In this document: positions 49,912 through 60,319 of the stretch, one piece after another
Position numbering within the stretch: position 1 is the first letter of the stretch
How the letters are laid out: each line of letters starts with the position of its first letter
Origin: Raillietiella orientalis
Lineage: Eukaryota
Direction: 5' to 3'
Length of the DNA: 64,000 nucleotides
Assembly (NCBI GenBank): GCA_036172245.1
Contig: JAYWIR010000025.1
Span: 124,001-188,000, forward strand
The notes under the pieces: generated by a model
Database searches by the model: none
Told to the model about the DNA's origin: nothing
Seen by the model: only the letters and a program-made list of their open reading frames with translations
Made by a program: the position numbers and the translations under genes

Positions 49912-52900
49912 GTTGGTGATTTTCATTCTTTAGTTTATACTTGAGTGCCGTTTCAGGAAAACTTGTTATAGGAGCAGATGGAGTTTTACCACTTTCAAAC
50001 CTTGCTTTACAAAATGACACTGTAAGAAAAGGGCATTGTGTGATTGAAAATGTAAATGGCGTTGTGACTTTACATCCTTTAACTGATGTGATCACTATAG
50101 ATGGATGTCGTGTATTATCACCAGCAAAGCTTACTCAAGGTTACTGTTATCTCTAAATTTACATATGTCTAAAGTTAGCTCATCTTGGAATGCCAACTGT
50201 TTCAAATTATATTTTAGGATGTGTTTTATGTCTTGACAAATTGCATTATTATCGCTTCAGTAATCCAGAGGAGGCACAACTCTTAAAAAACGACATCTTA
50301 GATCATACAAGTTCTGGTAATTATAATCTTTAATGATGTTTACTTCATAGGGGAGAGTTTTTACACTGGGAGTGGTTCATTCATTTTCTTTTGTTTTGAT
50401 CTTTTCTATTTATTGTTATCTGTAATCACTTTTATTCAGTCTTCTTAAACTTGTTAAAACAAAAAAAGAAAAATTTATTATTTGAAAGAATGAAAACGTG
50501 TGTACTTTTGTGAGGACAGTTAGGAGGGGTATTCAATAAATATGAGGAGTATTCAATAAAGCGGTCCAGTTGAAGGTTTTATAAGTTTGTTCATCACATA
50601 GTGGATCACAAATTCATTATGATCATTTCAAATCATTCCGTTTCCAAAAAACAATAAGATACATTTCGATTCTCTTTTGATTGTGTTCATCACAGACGAA
50701 TACAACAATAGGACAGCTTTTTCCTGAATATATATTTTAACATTTATAATTGTTCACATAGGAGAACCAGAATATGTACTTGAATACAGTATTGGATTCT
50801 TTGCTGTGAACTGTTTGTTTTCGATTTGATTCCTCAATCCATATTTTGGATTTTTTTCATTTTTGTTTCAAGTGTAAATTTGTTTTTCAGTTATAGCATG
50901 GAATTGAATTTTGTGTTCCAGTATTTTTTAAAAGCTCTTATAAAGTCAGAGCAATTATAATTTACTGTTAGTCGGTGTTGTGAGATTTAATGTTCTATCG
51001 TCGATCACATTTCATTTTTATTTTCATATTTCCTTATATTATTAATAGTTTATTTTTTCAGAATTCCTATGTTTTCAAGACAGTGTGATTTTGTTGCTCC
51101 CTTGAATTTGCATTGTAGAAACTTTATGCTACCTTTACTTTTCGTGTCTTTAAAATGTTTCAGTTGGTCACATGTTCTTAATTAGTTGTGGATAGAGTTT
51201 TTGTGTACAGTGAAGTTCCCAGTGATGAAATTTATTGGTTATATGATCAATTAACTTCCATAATAGTGATTGTGTTTGTATCCAGGAGGTCATATGTTTG
51301 TAAATTCTTTGATTACTCTGTTTTTGTGGGGAAGGAGGAAATTTTCATGACCCACTCTGTTGCTCTAATACACATTATAATCATAGATGGAGTTTTCAAG
51401 AATAAAGAAAAGTCTAGAAAATGGTGGGAAAGTAGAAAACGTTCGCAGGAATCTTATGAAGCTTTTCCAGTTTTGCAGCCAAAAATGTAAAGGTAGTTCT
51501 TGCGACACCACAAAAGCTTCCGAGGTTGAGTTCAAGATGAGTTTTGAATTTGATTCCAACAAGTAATTGCACATCAATTGGTGGACACGTACTTAAACGT
51601 GTTATCTTGTGCCTGGTGCCTTCCAGGTTTCTTGGTTACAGCTTCAGAATTTAGAGTGTTGACATACTTAAGTGGGTGTGAGATTCATATCTTAAAATAT
51701 TTGTGAAAAGTTGAAATATTTGTTTAAAAAATTGTGTTGATCCTTGCTGTATGATGCAGTTTAAAGTTATGCATAGGATAGCAGAAATCTTTCCTGACTA
51801 AATGGTGATTTTATCCGGAATGTGTGTTTTAAATTCCTATAGTGTAGGGAATTGAGGTAATAATTGTTATACCATCATCATCACTACTATTTTTGCTTCG
51901 TGCATTGGCCGTTACACTTTGTTTAGATGTCTTAAAAACGTATCAGTGTACTGCACCCATTCGTAGTGTACTTTGTAAGGTTCATCATCATCAGACTGCT
52001 AGCGGAAATATAGGCATTGGAGTTATTGATGAATATTTGATCAAATTCTCCAGATTGTAGCATCATAGAGAGCACTATTGTACAGAGAGTCCACACACAA
52101 ATAATCTGTGGATTCATCGAAAGATTGTAGCACAGACGGTCGTATATTCTGAAAGTAATCTGCTTTGTCGAAATTTGTTCACTTTCACCTCAAAGGTAGA
52201 TAAAACAATCTTGTTGATTCCGTTGCACTTTCTAAATAAGTCTGAATGCTGCTTTTTTTCCGAACTGATATGGTGGTACTCTGCGATTCTAATGCTTATT
52301 TTTTTAATTCATTCCAATCATAGTCCTTCATTTCAACGATAATTCATTTGTAGATATTTCTTTTGTCGATTTTTTTTTTTGTTTTCTTTTCTTCTACCAC
52401 TCGCATTTTGAATTTGTGTATCATAATATTAAAGTTGAGAGAAAATCGACTGGCATGTGCTTTTTGCAAGATTGCTTGGTCCCGAATGCTATTCGGTTTA
52501 CGTTTCTGATAGCTGTTAATCAGCGATCCATAATTTTAAATTTCATTCATCGTATTATGGATCCGAGTTTTGTGCTTTTACATTTTCAAGCTTTTTTTTT
52601 CTTTTTAATGGGAGGTAATTGCACCGGTGCTGTCCAGCAGTTGCTGTGAACGTATAAATGGAAAATAGCATTTATCGCTGATGCACTTCAAAGTAACCAT
52701 CAATTTTTTTTTCTAATGGTTCCCAAACCTGTTTTTATTTTCTGTTCATATTGCATGAGAATTGTGATGTACTGATTTTGACCGATTCGATTTGACCTCC
52801 AGCATATTTCAGCATCTGTGGTTAACCTAGATCAGAGCTGATGCATGTGTTGATTCATTTGGCAGCATCGAATTCTGATTGCTGAGGTCAATAGAAACAC

Positions 52901-55900
52901 AAAAAGGCAAATGTGCAGCAAGTGCAACCGGTTATCAAAAAAAATCAGAAGAAGAAAGCATTTAAAATTATTTATTGAACTGAGAGTTAATGATTTGATC
53001 AAAGAGGTGAATTTTACTTACGCTTATGATGACTCTGATGTGTTCGATGCTGAGATATTAAGTTACTATTGTGTTCATTCATATTGGATAAAAGTAAAAA
53101 CAAAGCATGATATCCGGTACGAAACCTGGCAGATTTTTCAAGGATTCCTGGGAATCACAAAGTCTTCGCCAAAAAGAAGCACAAAAAAAAAAAAAATGTC
53201 TCTGCATCACGATAAATATTTTGTCTCACTGTGACTAAGCAGTGGAGAGCAGGATTTGAAATCAGAAGTTTTGGGCGTCTCCCTGAGACGTATAAGAGGT
53301 TTTATCGATTGCTGATGTTGACTTGAAAACAACTGTTTTCCGAGTATTGGTGTCAATATTATCGAGTGTACATGGTTTGGGGGAATTTTCCAGAATAATT
53401 CACAATCTTTGAATGCATGTATACTTGTATTTTCCAATTGAACATGTTAACTTTTTGTCAGAAACTTCCTGATTCGAATCGGTCAAGCTCTTCGGAAAAA
53501 AAGCTTCGTTGCATAAAGGCTTTTTCCTTTTTTCTACTTTGATTTCAGACTGTTGTTGAGAGTAATCGGTTACTCATCCTCTGATCTGTTTATTATACGT
53601 GTACTTCCCGACCGACATGACTTGCCACGAGCCGAATAGCATTCGGTTCATGGTATATGCGATTACGTGGGTCGGAAGGCATGCATATGCCAAGGTTTGT
53701 TTATCTCTCCCGAGAGTAGTGCGACTATTTCAAAGTGATCGTCTTGAATCGTCGGTTTTCTCACCGTGATGGTTTTTGCTTCGTGACCACCTTCGTCAGG
53801 TGGTTTTCCCCTCGCAGGGCGAATTAGGATTCCGTCCGTGTTTCCTGGGTAGGCGTTAGTTGCATGGGAAGGTTCAACATGAGTTCATTAATCAGTTGAG
53901 GTTGGACTAATTGTGATTTGTGGGTTCTAATGTTTTGCTTCTTTTCTGTGTGAGTTCTGTCGATTCTTTTTCCCTTCTCCCCCTTTATTTTGGATTGGCA
54001 GCTCAATTTTCAGAAAACAGAATGCTTGATTTTGCTATTTTGAACCTTACCCAATCAATTCGTACCATCAGGCTCGATTTCAAACAGAATAAGTGTTTCC
54101 GTAGTCACATTTCTCCGTTAGTAGCAGCGAAAATTGTGTTTTGGAGTATTTGTGCAATAACCGGAAAACTGTTTCGTTTTCGATCCCATTTAGTCAGTCA
54201 TCCATATATACTCATTTGAATCTCATGTGTCAGGATATCAGGACACACGTAATCTTATGCAATCGTAATTAAAAACGGTAATTTTCGAATTAGATGGTGT
54301 TTTACATGACTTTTTATTTGATTCTTGAAATTTTAGGATTGTAAAATTTGAAATGCTGTCTTAGCAAGTGTATTATTTAGATCGTACGTCGGAATCTCCC
54401 CCTGAGGAATGTGCGAGGAAAAATGAATCCTTTCGGGAAAATGAAGAAATGTCTCAAAACTTAGGACAGTTCAGAAACGCTCTCCCCTCGAGTAAACAGA
54501 CATCTTCACTTCCTGATTCGTCATCCTATTTTGATTTGCTTGTTAAGCAAAGTTGGGCAGAGGAAATAGGCTGCTTTCCCAGTTGTGTCCGCGTGAACGA
54601 ATCTCTTAAAATTCCTGATGTGCGTAATTCATTCGACGAATCCCAAGTAGCCCATTCTTCATCGACTCTTCAGCCACTCTCAACGTCTTCACCTTCCGTT
54701 GCTTCTGCTGACAATGCGAACTGCCACTCCAATGAAGCTGAGAAAACCGCTTTTTCAAGTAGCGGAGAAGATTTTCATAAATCTGCCTTTCATTTCGAAT
54801 TTCCAAAGCATATCGGTCACGGTGACAGTCCCAGAATGAGCTCCATCCATTCAGTTTCTAAACAGGAACTCGAACTTGATCGAAAGTCGCAGAGGAAGCA
54901 AGTGAGTTACCAGATCTTGAAAAGTGATGAATTCAAAGGCTTGTGCTGTAGAGCTTTTTAGATAGGTTGCACAGTGGCGAAGGGCAGAAACAGAAAAACA
55001 AGCAAATGGAAGAGATTTTGTCTATTTGTGATGAATGCGAACAGCTGAGTTTCCGTAATCCTTCTGATTGTGGAGTGGATTCTTCATCTCCGTCGGTCAC
55101 CCAGTTGAACAGGTTGAGATACAAAACTGTAGTCCCGAAATCTCGATTCAGGATCAAAACTAATGGTTCGCTACCCATGGATTCTCGTGTCGGTGTAGCA
55201 TCGGAGGATTTCGTGTGCGTGACCCCAGCGTTTCAGGTTTTCAACAAATTCGGCGTCAGCTCGACTGATGCCGAAGTAAATTCCATCTTCGGAGTGGATA
55301 GGCACGGTCTACAATCTGCTGCGGCCGGAGGCTCTTCTCTGGCGATGGTCAATGGCTTAATCGAAAGGAAAAGTCCGTACGAAAATGTGGATTCCGTTCC
55401 TGCGTCCCCTAGAACCCGAATCAAGACTTTCCTGAACAGGGAGAAAGAAGCTCTCCCGTCGCATTGGAACCTTGTTCCAGGCTCACCGGCTTTGGTCGCG
55501 GATTGTCACCAACCTGCGAGCTTTCAGAAGCTTTGGTATGATCCCAACTGGCAGGAAGATGTGGCTACTGAGTGCCAGCTCTGTCGCCGCAGAATCTCTC
55601 ACCTACGCATGAGAATCAGGGAATTGGTGCAGCAGCTGGCGGAAGTGGCCAAGGGGGTCAGTGGAACGGAATTCTTCGGTTCTGTGATTCCAGATCTTTG
55701 GATTTTTAGCTGGAGCTTGAGCGAGCCTTGCTAGAAGGAGAGCAGGTGATCCTGAAAAAGCACTTGGCCGTGGAGAAGAAATCCTTCCTCGAGTTGATTA
55801 AGAGGGAGCAGAAGCTTCTGCGGCAAATAGAGCAGGAGCAGAGCTGCGCTCAGCCGGAAACCGACCGGTGTCGTGAGCGCCTCTCGGCAGCTCACAAGAG

Positions 55901-57590
55901 ATTGGCCTCTCTTCAGCACGAATTTCTGGAGAAGACCTTGGATGCAGACGCGCTGGCAGCGGTGCAAGAGCAGATAAAACGGCAGCAAGAGATAATCGAT
56001 CTGGAGAGAAAGGTGGTTGAATAGCAAAGCTGTTTTGGGTTATTCTGATCATAGGCTTATGAAGATCTAGAATTCTATCAGCTGGAAGTAGAGTCTCGCA
56101 GGGAAGTGGAACGTGAAGAAGTGCGTCGTCTAATCGACGAGAAGCAGCAGGATGTTGCGCTCCTTCAGCAGCAGGCGGCGGAATTGCAAACGAGCCTGCA
56201 GAACCTGGTCTCCCAGGCGCAGAGCGACATGGAGAGGTTTGAGCGAGAAAGGCAGATCCTCATCCGCGACCTGTTTGATGTGAGTTGGCCACCGCAGGCC
56301 GGGCTGTCTCAGCTGCACTCTTAGGAGCGGCAGCGGCTAGCAGAATTGGAGGCTCCTTCCCCATGTCAAGATGGAAGCGACAGTAGCCCGGAGAGCTCTT
56401 CCGAGATGGAATGGGAGACCGAGGAAAGGAGGATGCAAGAACAGCTGCTCAGACTGCTGGAGATCGGTAAAGCGGATGACACGCGGCTCCTGGATTCTGT
56501 CACGCGCAGCATCCCGATGAGTGACTCCCTACCCCGCAAAACACTGGAGGCCATTGAAACGAACCGTCGGTTGATGCTTCTTAGTCAAGGTATTTTTTTT
56601 TTTTTCTTGCCGTTTCCCTTAAGGAGGTCGCCGGCGCTTTAGGTGGTCAAGCCATAGAAGAAGAAAGGCAGCGTGTCAGCGAATTGAAAAAGCGTATCCA
56701 AGACGAAGTACGAATGGCGTGGGAAAACCGTCATCAGATGGATCCGAATTTCGGTCCAGATGCTGATTCGAATAAGGATGACGCGCAGGTATAGGCGGGT
56801 ATGACAGTCTAGGTCGCGTAGTGTGCGTGTATCCTTCAAGTGTAAAGCATGGCATTGTGGGTGCGTAACTTTATGCGTCGGCCACGTGCGAAGGTACGCC
56901 GCTTTCGTTTTGAGTTGCGCACCGACGTAGTTTACAGCCGTTTTCTTTCTCCAGCCTGCGCACTCTCATCCACGTTCATCTCCACACTTCCGCAAGGACG
57001 ATGCCCACTCGGATATCATAAGGAGGGACAGGAACAAGTCCGCGCTGCAGGTAAGAAAGGTCTGTTTTCGTCCCCCCTATGGTCTGGTGCAGCAAAGGCC
57101 TCTGACTCGATATCTGCCCGTTCGGAGCGACGTGTTTGACCTACGCCAGCACATCGAGGGCTCAGGTCATCAGATCGAATTGTGTCTTCACGTTCAGCTT
57201 ACGGCTAACACGTGTCGCGGATATCTCCACAAGCTGGGCTCTCGCTTTCGGTCTTGGCGACGCCGGTGGTTCGTTTTCGATAGGCAGCTGCGAGCCCTCA
57301 TGTACTTCACCGACCGCAGCGAGGGCAGAGTTCGGAACACGATCGACTTCCAGGTAGGCGATCGTGCAGCGGGCTGCCCCTCATTGCATTCGTTGCAGTC
57401 CATCGAGGAAGTGTACGTTGACCACTTGCAATCCGTCAAGTCACCCAATCCGAAAGTCACCTTTTGCGTGAAGACCCTAGAGCGTATCTATTATCTCATG
57501 GCCCCTTCCTCCGAAGCCATGAGGATTTGGGTAGACGTAATATTCACCGGCGCCGAAGGATATCAGGAATTCCAAATAGCCCCGATTTAG
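49704..57590 (+). CDS. PHLDB: Pleckstrin homology-like domain family B (LL5/PHLDB1/2-like) protein: N-terminal FHA, low-complexity region, coiled coils, C-terminal PH domain
   Basis: Manual join of 49704..49911, 49957..50139, 50218..50316, 54381..54901, 54952..55656, 55710..56012, 56055..56279, 56325..56589, 56643..56788, 56955..57050, 57093..57353, 57399..57590 = 3204 nt (1067 aa), all GT-AG. Family motifs: VQTNKPHLV..GRLSTAVALLPL, HCVIEN, LTQGCVLCL..RFSNPEEA, LELERALLEGE, YEDLEFYQLE, RPLTRYLP..FDLRQHIEGSGH, CRGYLHKLG..WRRRWFVFDR, IEEVYVDH, APSSEAMRIWVDVIFTGAEGY. The true start is uncertain: the frame is open back to an acceptor at 49637, so an upstream exon may exist. Confidence 0.9.
49957..50139 (+). 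CDS. PHLDB: PHLDB exon (FHA core)
   Basis: (G)KLVIGADG...GHCVIENVNGVVTLHPL..ITIDG..VLSPAKLTQ; acceptor tttcag. Confidence 0.88.
50218..50316 (+). CDS. PHLDB: PHLDB exon (FHA end)
   Basis: (G)CVLCLDKLHYYRFSNPEEAQLLKNDILDHTSS; acceptor ttttag, donor gtaatt. Confidence 0.85.
51400..51570 (+). pseudogene. Putative hAT C-terminal dimerisation domain fossil (in PHLDB intron)
   Basis: KWWESRK...FPVL, then frameshifted AKNVKVVLATP, resembling WW....FP.L...A...L..PA. Confidence 0.4.
51880..52250 (-). pseudogene. Putative hAT (Buster/Charlie-like) transposase fossil (in PHLDB intron)
   Basis: LQSFDESTD (FSL..DESTD-like) at about 52104-52130, then TTNGCSTL (TTDGA..M-like) at about 51945-51967. Confidence 0.45.
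53595..53688. repeat. Imperfect palindrome/hairpin of about 90 nt
   Basis: cttcccgacc...ccacgagccgaat-agc-attcggttcatgg...ggtcggaag. Confidence 0.65.
54381..54901 (+). CDS. PHLDB: PHLDB exon (Ser-rich region)
   Basis: Acceptor atttag, phase matches the previous exon; 521 nt open; donor gtgagt. Confidence 0.8.
54952..55656 (+). CDS. PHLDB: PHLDB exon
   Basis: Phase-compatible acceptor ctgtag at 54951; MEEILSICDE, RIKTNGSL, SPYENV, SPRTRIKT motifs; donor gtcagt. Confidence 0.82.
55710..56012 (+). CDS. PHLDB: PHLDB exon (coiled coil)
   Basis: LELERALLEGEQ...QQEIIDLERK; acceptor ttttag. Confidence 0.88.
56055..56279 (+). CDS. PHLDB: PHLDB exon (coiled coil)
   Basis: AYEDLEFYQLEVESRREVEREE...; donor gtgagt. 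Confidence 0.88.
56325..56589 (+). CDS. PHLDB: PHLDB exon
   Basis: ERQRLAELE...KTLEAIETNRRLMLLSQ; donor gtattt. Confidence 0.85.
56643..56788 (+). CDS. PHLDB: PHLDB exon
   Basis: (G)GQAIEEERQRVSELKKRIQDEVRMAWE...; acceptor tttag, donor gtatag. Confidence 0.85.
56955..57050 (+). CDS. PHLDB: PHLDB exon (96 nt, phase 0-0)
   Basis: Strong acceptor ttttctttctccag and donor gtaaga; frame open. Confidence 0.7.
57093..57353 (+). CDS. PHLDB: PHLDB exon (PH domain, first part)
   Basis: QRPLTRYLP...CRGYLHKLGSRFRSWRRRWFVFDR...IDFQ. Confidence 0.93.
57399..57590 (+). CDS. PHLDB: PHLDB last exon (PH domain end, stop)
   Basis: SIEEVYVDHLQSVKSPNPKVTFCVKT..YYLMAPSSEAMRIWVDVIFTGAEGYQEF; ends in TAG. Confidence 0.93.
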   Translation, partial: SIEEVYVDHLQSVKSPNPKVTFCVKTLERIYYLMAPSSEAMRIWVDVIFTGAEGYQEFQIAPI

Positions 57591-57697
57591 CGAATTACAA
57601 GCCGTTCGCACGTTCAAATCTTCAGAGACTCCCGTCTCCCATAGTGCCTTGTTTTACTATGCGCATCGAAAAGAGTCGCTTTTGTACTGCCTAAGAG

Positions 57698-57703
57698 AAT
57701 AAA
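57698..57703 (+). promoter_or_regulatory. Candidate polyadenylation signal (AATAAA) of PHLDB
   Basis: AATAAA about 110 nt after the stop codon, followed by T/GT-rich sequence. Confidence 0.55.
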
Positions 57704-58249
57704 CGCATTTGTGCCATTTGTTCCGTTCTTTTATTGCTTCATCAATTGGTCCACCTTTACAGAGTGCTATTACATTGTGTGCAGCTTTTCAAAAATTCAT
57801 CCACCGTGCAGCGAGACTGGTTCGCGTGCGTTTGCTGTTCATTTTTCATCGTTTGATGAGTCTTCCTGCGAAGCAGTTAGCCGGGATTTTCATGCGCGCG
57901 GGGGGCAGCGTAGGCGAATTTCGTTGCCACGCTTTTCAAGCCGGACCGCCGCTCTTTGCCTTTGAGTTTCGTTTCTTTCGCATAGGAAGATGTCGCATCC
58001 TAACTGCAAAACCGGCGGCGACTTGCGTTCCGAGCTCGCCGACCGGGCCATGGACTTTCCTCCTCAAGCTGTGTGACTCCAAGAAACTACCACGTTCGGG
58101 TGCATCCTTGTAGCTCGCCGGATCGGTTCGATTCACTTTTAGCACTGCCGTGGTAAGAGCAGAAGAGGAAGAAAATGTCGGTCGCTGTATCGGCAGAGCT
58201 ATCTCTGGTCGAAGACAACTGTCCCGACTCCTCTCGCCTGAGGTCTTTT

Positions 58250-60315
58250 CGGTTTTGGTTCTCGGTGAATTTTCGACCAAGAGCACGCAATCCTGCGAGG
58301 TAGGTCAATAAAATTCCTATATGGTGGTTTCGTACTCTGCACTGTATCCACACAATCTTAAGTGGATTACTCTGGGAGAAGGAATGCAACGGGAACCCTT
58401 ATTTATTGGTATCCTTCCAATAAAAATAATGGAAACGTTCAAATTTGTGACAGTCATCTTCATTCTTTCAAGAAATCTTTTCCTTCGTTTCCTTTTCTTG
58501 ATCATTCTTCCGCTGCCAGGCTAAGGGTTGACCCTAGATTTTCCTGACCTCCGTCTTCAGCACGCTTCAAGTCACAGCACGGTAGCGCATTCTATTAGCC
58601 GTGGTTTTGTGAATGTACCTGTGATGTTTCTCATGCTGGGAAACTTATTGCGGTGCATGTCATAAGCTCCTGTTATTTGTGACGCGTGGGACTTCGACTC
58701 TCCCTGAGGAACGGCACGTCGGAAGTCCACGTGAGAGTCTCGAAGAGCGAGGCTCATGTGGCTTTGCCTATCTGCGTGAAGTAACCGCGTTCACGAGTGC
58801 ACGATCCAGTGTTCACGGGCCGCCTCTCGGTTTGCCCAACGGAGTGCCATCGAAGTTTCGAGTCGCATCACGAGGCAAAGGTGGTGGTGTTTGGAGCTTT
58901 CCACGTGGTGCCTTCAATGAGCTGAGGACCTTTTTATCTGGGGAGCTCTTAAGCTGCGCTCCTTACAGTCGGGACTGATCCGGCGAAATGAATTGCGGTG
59001 GTGCACGGTTTCTCACTGAAAGTGAAACTTCATCTATCAGGCTGTTTCCTGTGAAATTGAAGAAAGAAAACGTCTATGCAGTCAGGCAGGCAGACAGGCA
59101 TTTTTTCGATGTGCATTCCTCGATGGCGGTGATTGCATCTCTTGCATGAAGCATCACGAATGCATTGGATACTGCTGTCTTGTTAAAAAAAAGAAAGGAA
59201 GGAAGGAAAATCCCCTTCCCTACATTTCCAGCCTATTTTCTTGCGGCTCAGGACAATTACTCGCCATGCCACCTATCGTTGAAAACATACTTGTGAGCCC
59301 ATCTGACAATGCAGGATGACAACACCTTTGTAGGTCAACTGTGACTAACATTCTAACTGGTAAACAGTGTCCGTTTGCTACTCATTTTCTAAGGATACCA
59401 CGATGCCTCATGATTCACTAAAGTGATTCTGTAGCAGAGTCCGCATTTCGTGCTGAAGAATCTTTTACGGGTCATCACTTAGTAGGTATCGGATCGCTTT
59501 ACAAGTGAAGATCACGGCATTCACATTAGGCGATGACGGGAATGCAAACCTGCATTTCAGAACTCAGTCTCCGAAACATCTTCACACAGTAATTCCACCG
59601 TTTTGGGCTGATCTGGATGCATTGGAAATCCTTCTGGTCTTTCTATAGGTGCTCACTCGTTCAAACAGTTTCCCTTTCTGAGAGCAAACTTTGCGTGATC
59701 CTTACATTTCGTGAAGGCACTGTGCGTTTATCTGCATTGTGTTCTCCCCTGGTTCATGACTCCTTAGTTGAAGGAAAATACTTGTTGGGCAGTGACACAC
59801 ATGAGTTGTGTAGGATATGTGTACAAATGTCCCCATCATCTCTAGTCCTGGCACTTTCCCCAGAGCATTTTCTCGACCTTCGGCAGCTGTAATGGAGAGT
59901 GGTGGTAAATCCAACAACACGTCATCATGGAGCAAAGCGTGGCTGACGACGAGTCTGTCTTTAACCTACGAAAGCGATCTCCATAGTCCCGCTGGATCTG
60001 CTTCATCGTAAGTGCTTTTAGTTTTGAGAGAGCGTTCGGAGTCCTCGAACTATTAATGCATTTTCGACTCGCTCTGATGCTTGATCCTTGTCGAGCCTTA
60101 TTTCGCCGTGTTGACCATGGGAGGGGACTCCAAAGAGGATACAGTGCTTCTTGTTATTCACAACCAGCAAAGTTTTGCAAATGTGTTGATGCATCGACCG
60201 GTTAAAAGGGCATTCTCTGTCATTCTTTGACTTCATCCGGTTTCCTACTTTTCCAAATTTAATCCCGAAGCGGATGAAGCGAACTGCAGGAATTTTTAAA
60301 CGTTGCAATAGGGGG
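58250..60315 (-). mobile_element. Decayed LINE RT/3' remnant downstream of PHLDB
   Basis: PFNRSMHQHI (GF..GRS..DNI-like) and RLDKDQASERVENALIVRGL (LD.EKAFDRV.H..L..L-like) in ORF 60018..60365. Confidence 0.5.
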
Positions 60316-60319
60316 GAAC

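Noticed and set aside
50520..50790. mariner-like element starting gaggggtattcaataaa (tandemly duplicated)
   Set aside because: It resembles a mariner TIR, but I found no convincing matching right TIR or transposase.
54959..54966. ttttag/atag as the PHLDB acceptor, implying a frameshift or GC-AG intron
   Set aside because: These sites are phase-incompatible with the gtgagt donor; the AG at 54950-54951 restores the frame with a canonical 50-nt intron.
54368..57590. ORFs of 197, 255, 98, 72, 98 and 167 aa as an operon of separate genes
   Set aside because: They join via short GT-AG introns into one PHLDB reading frame.
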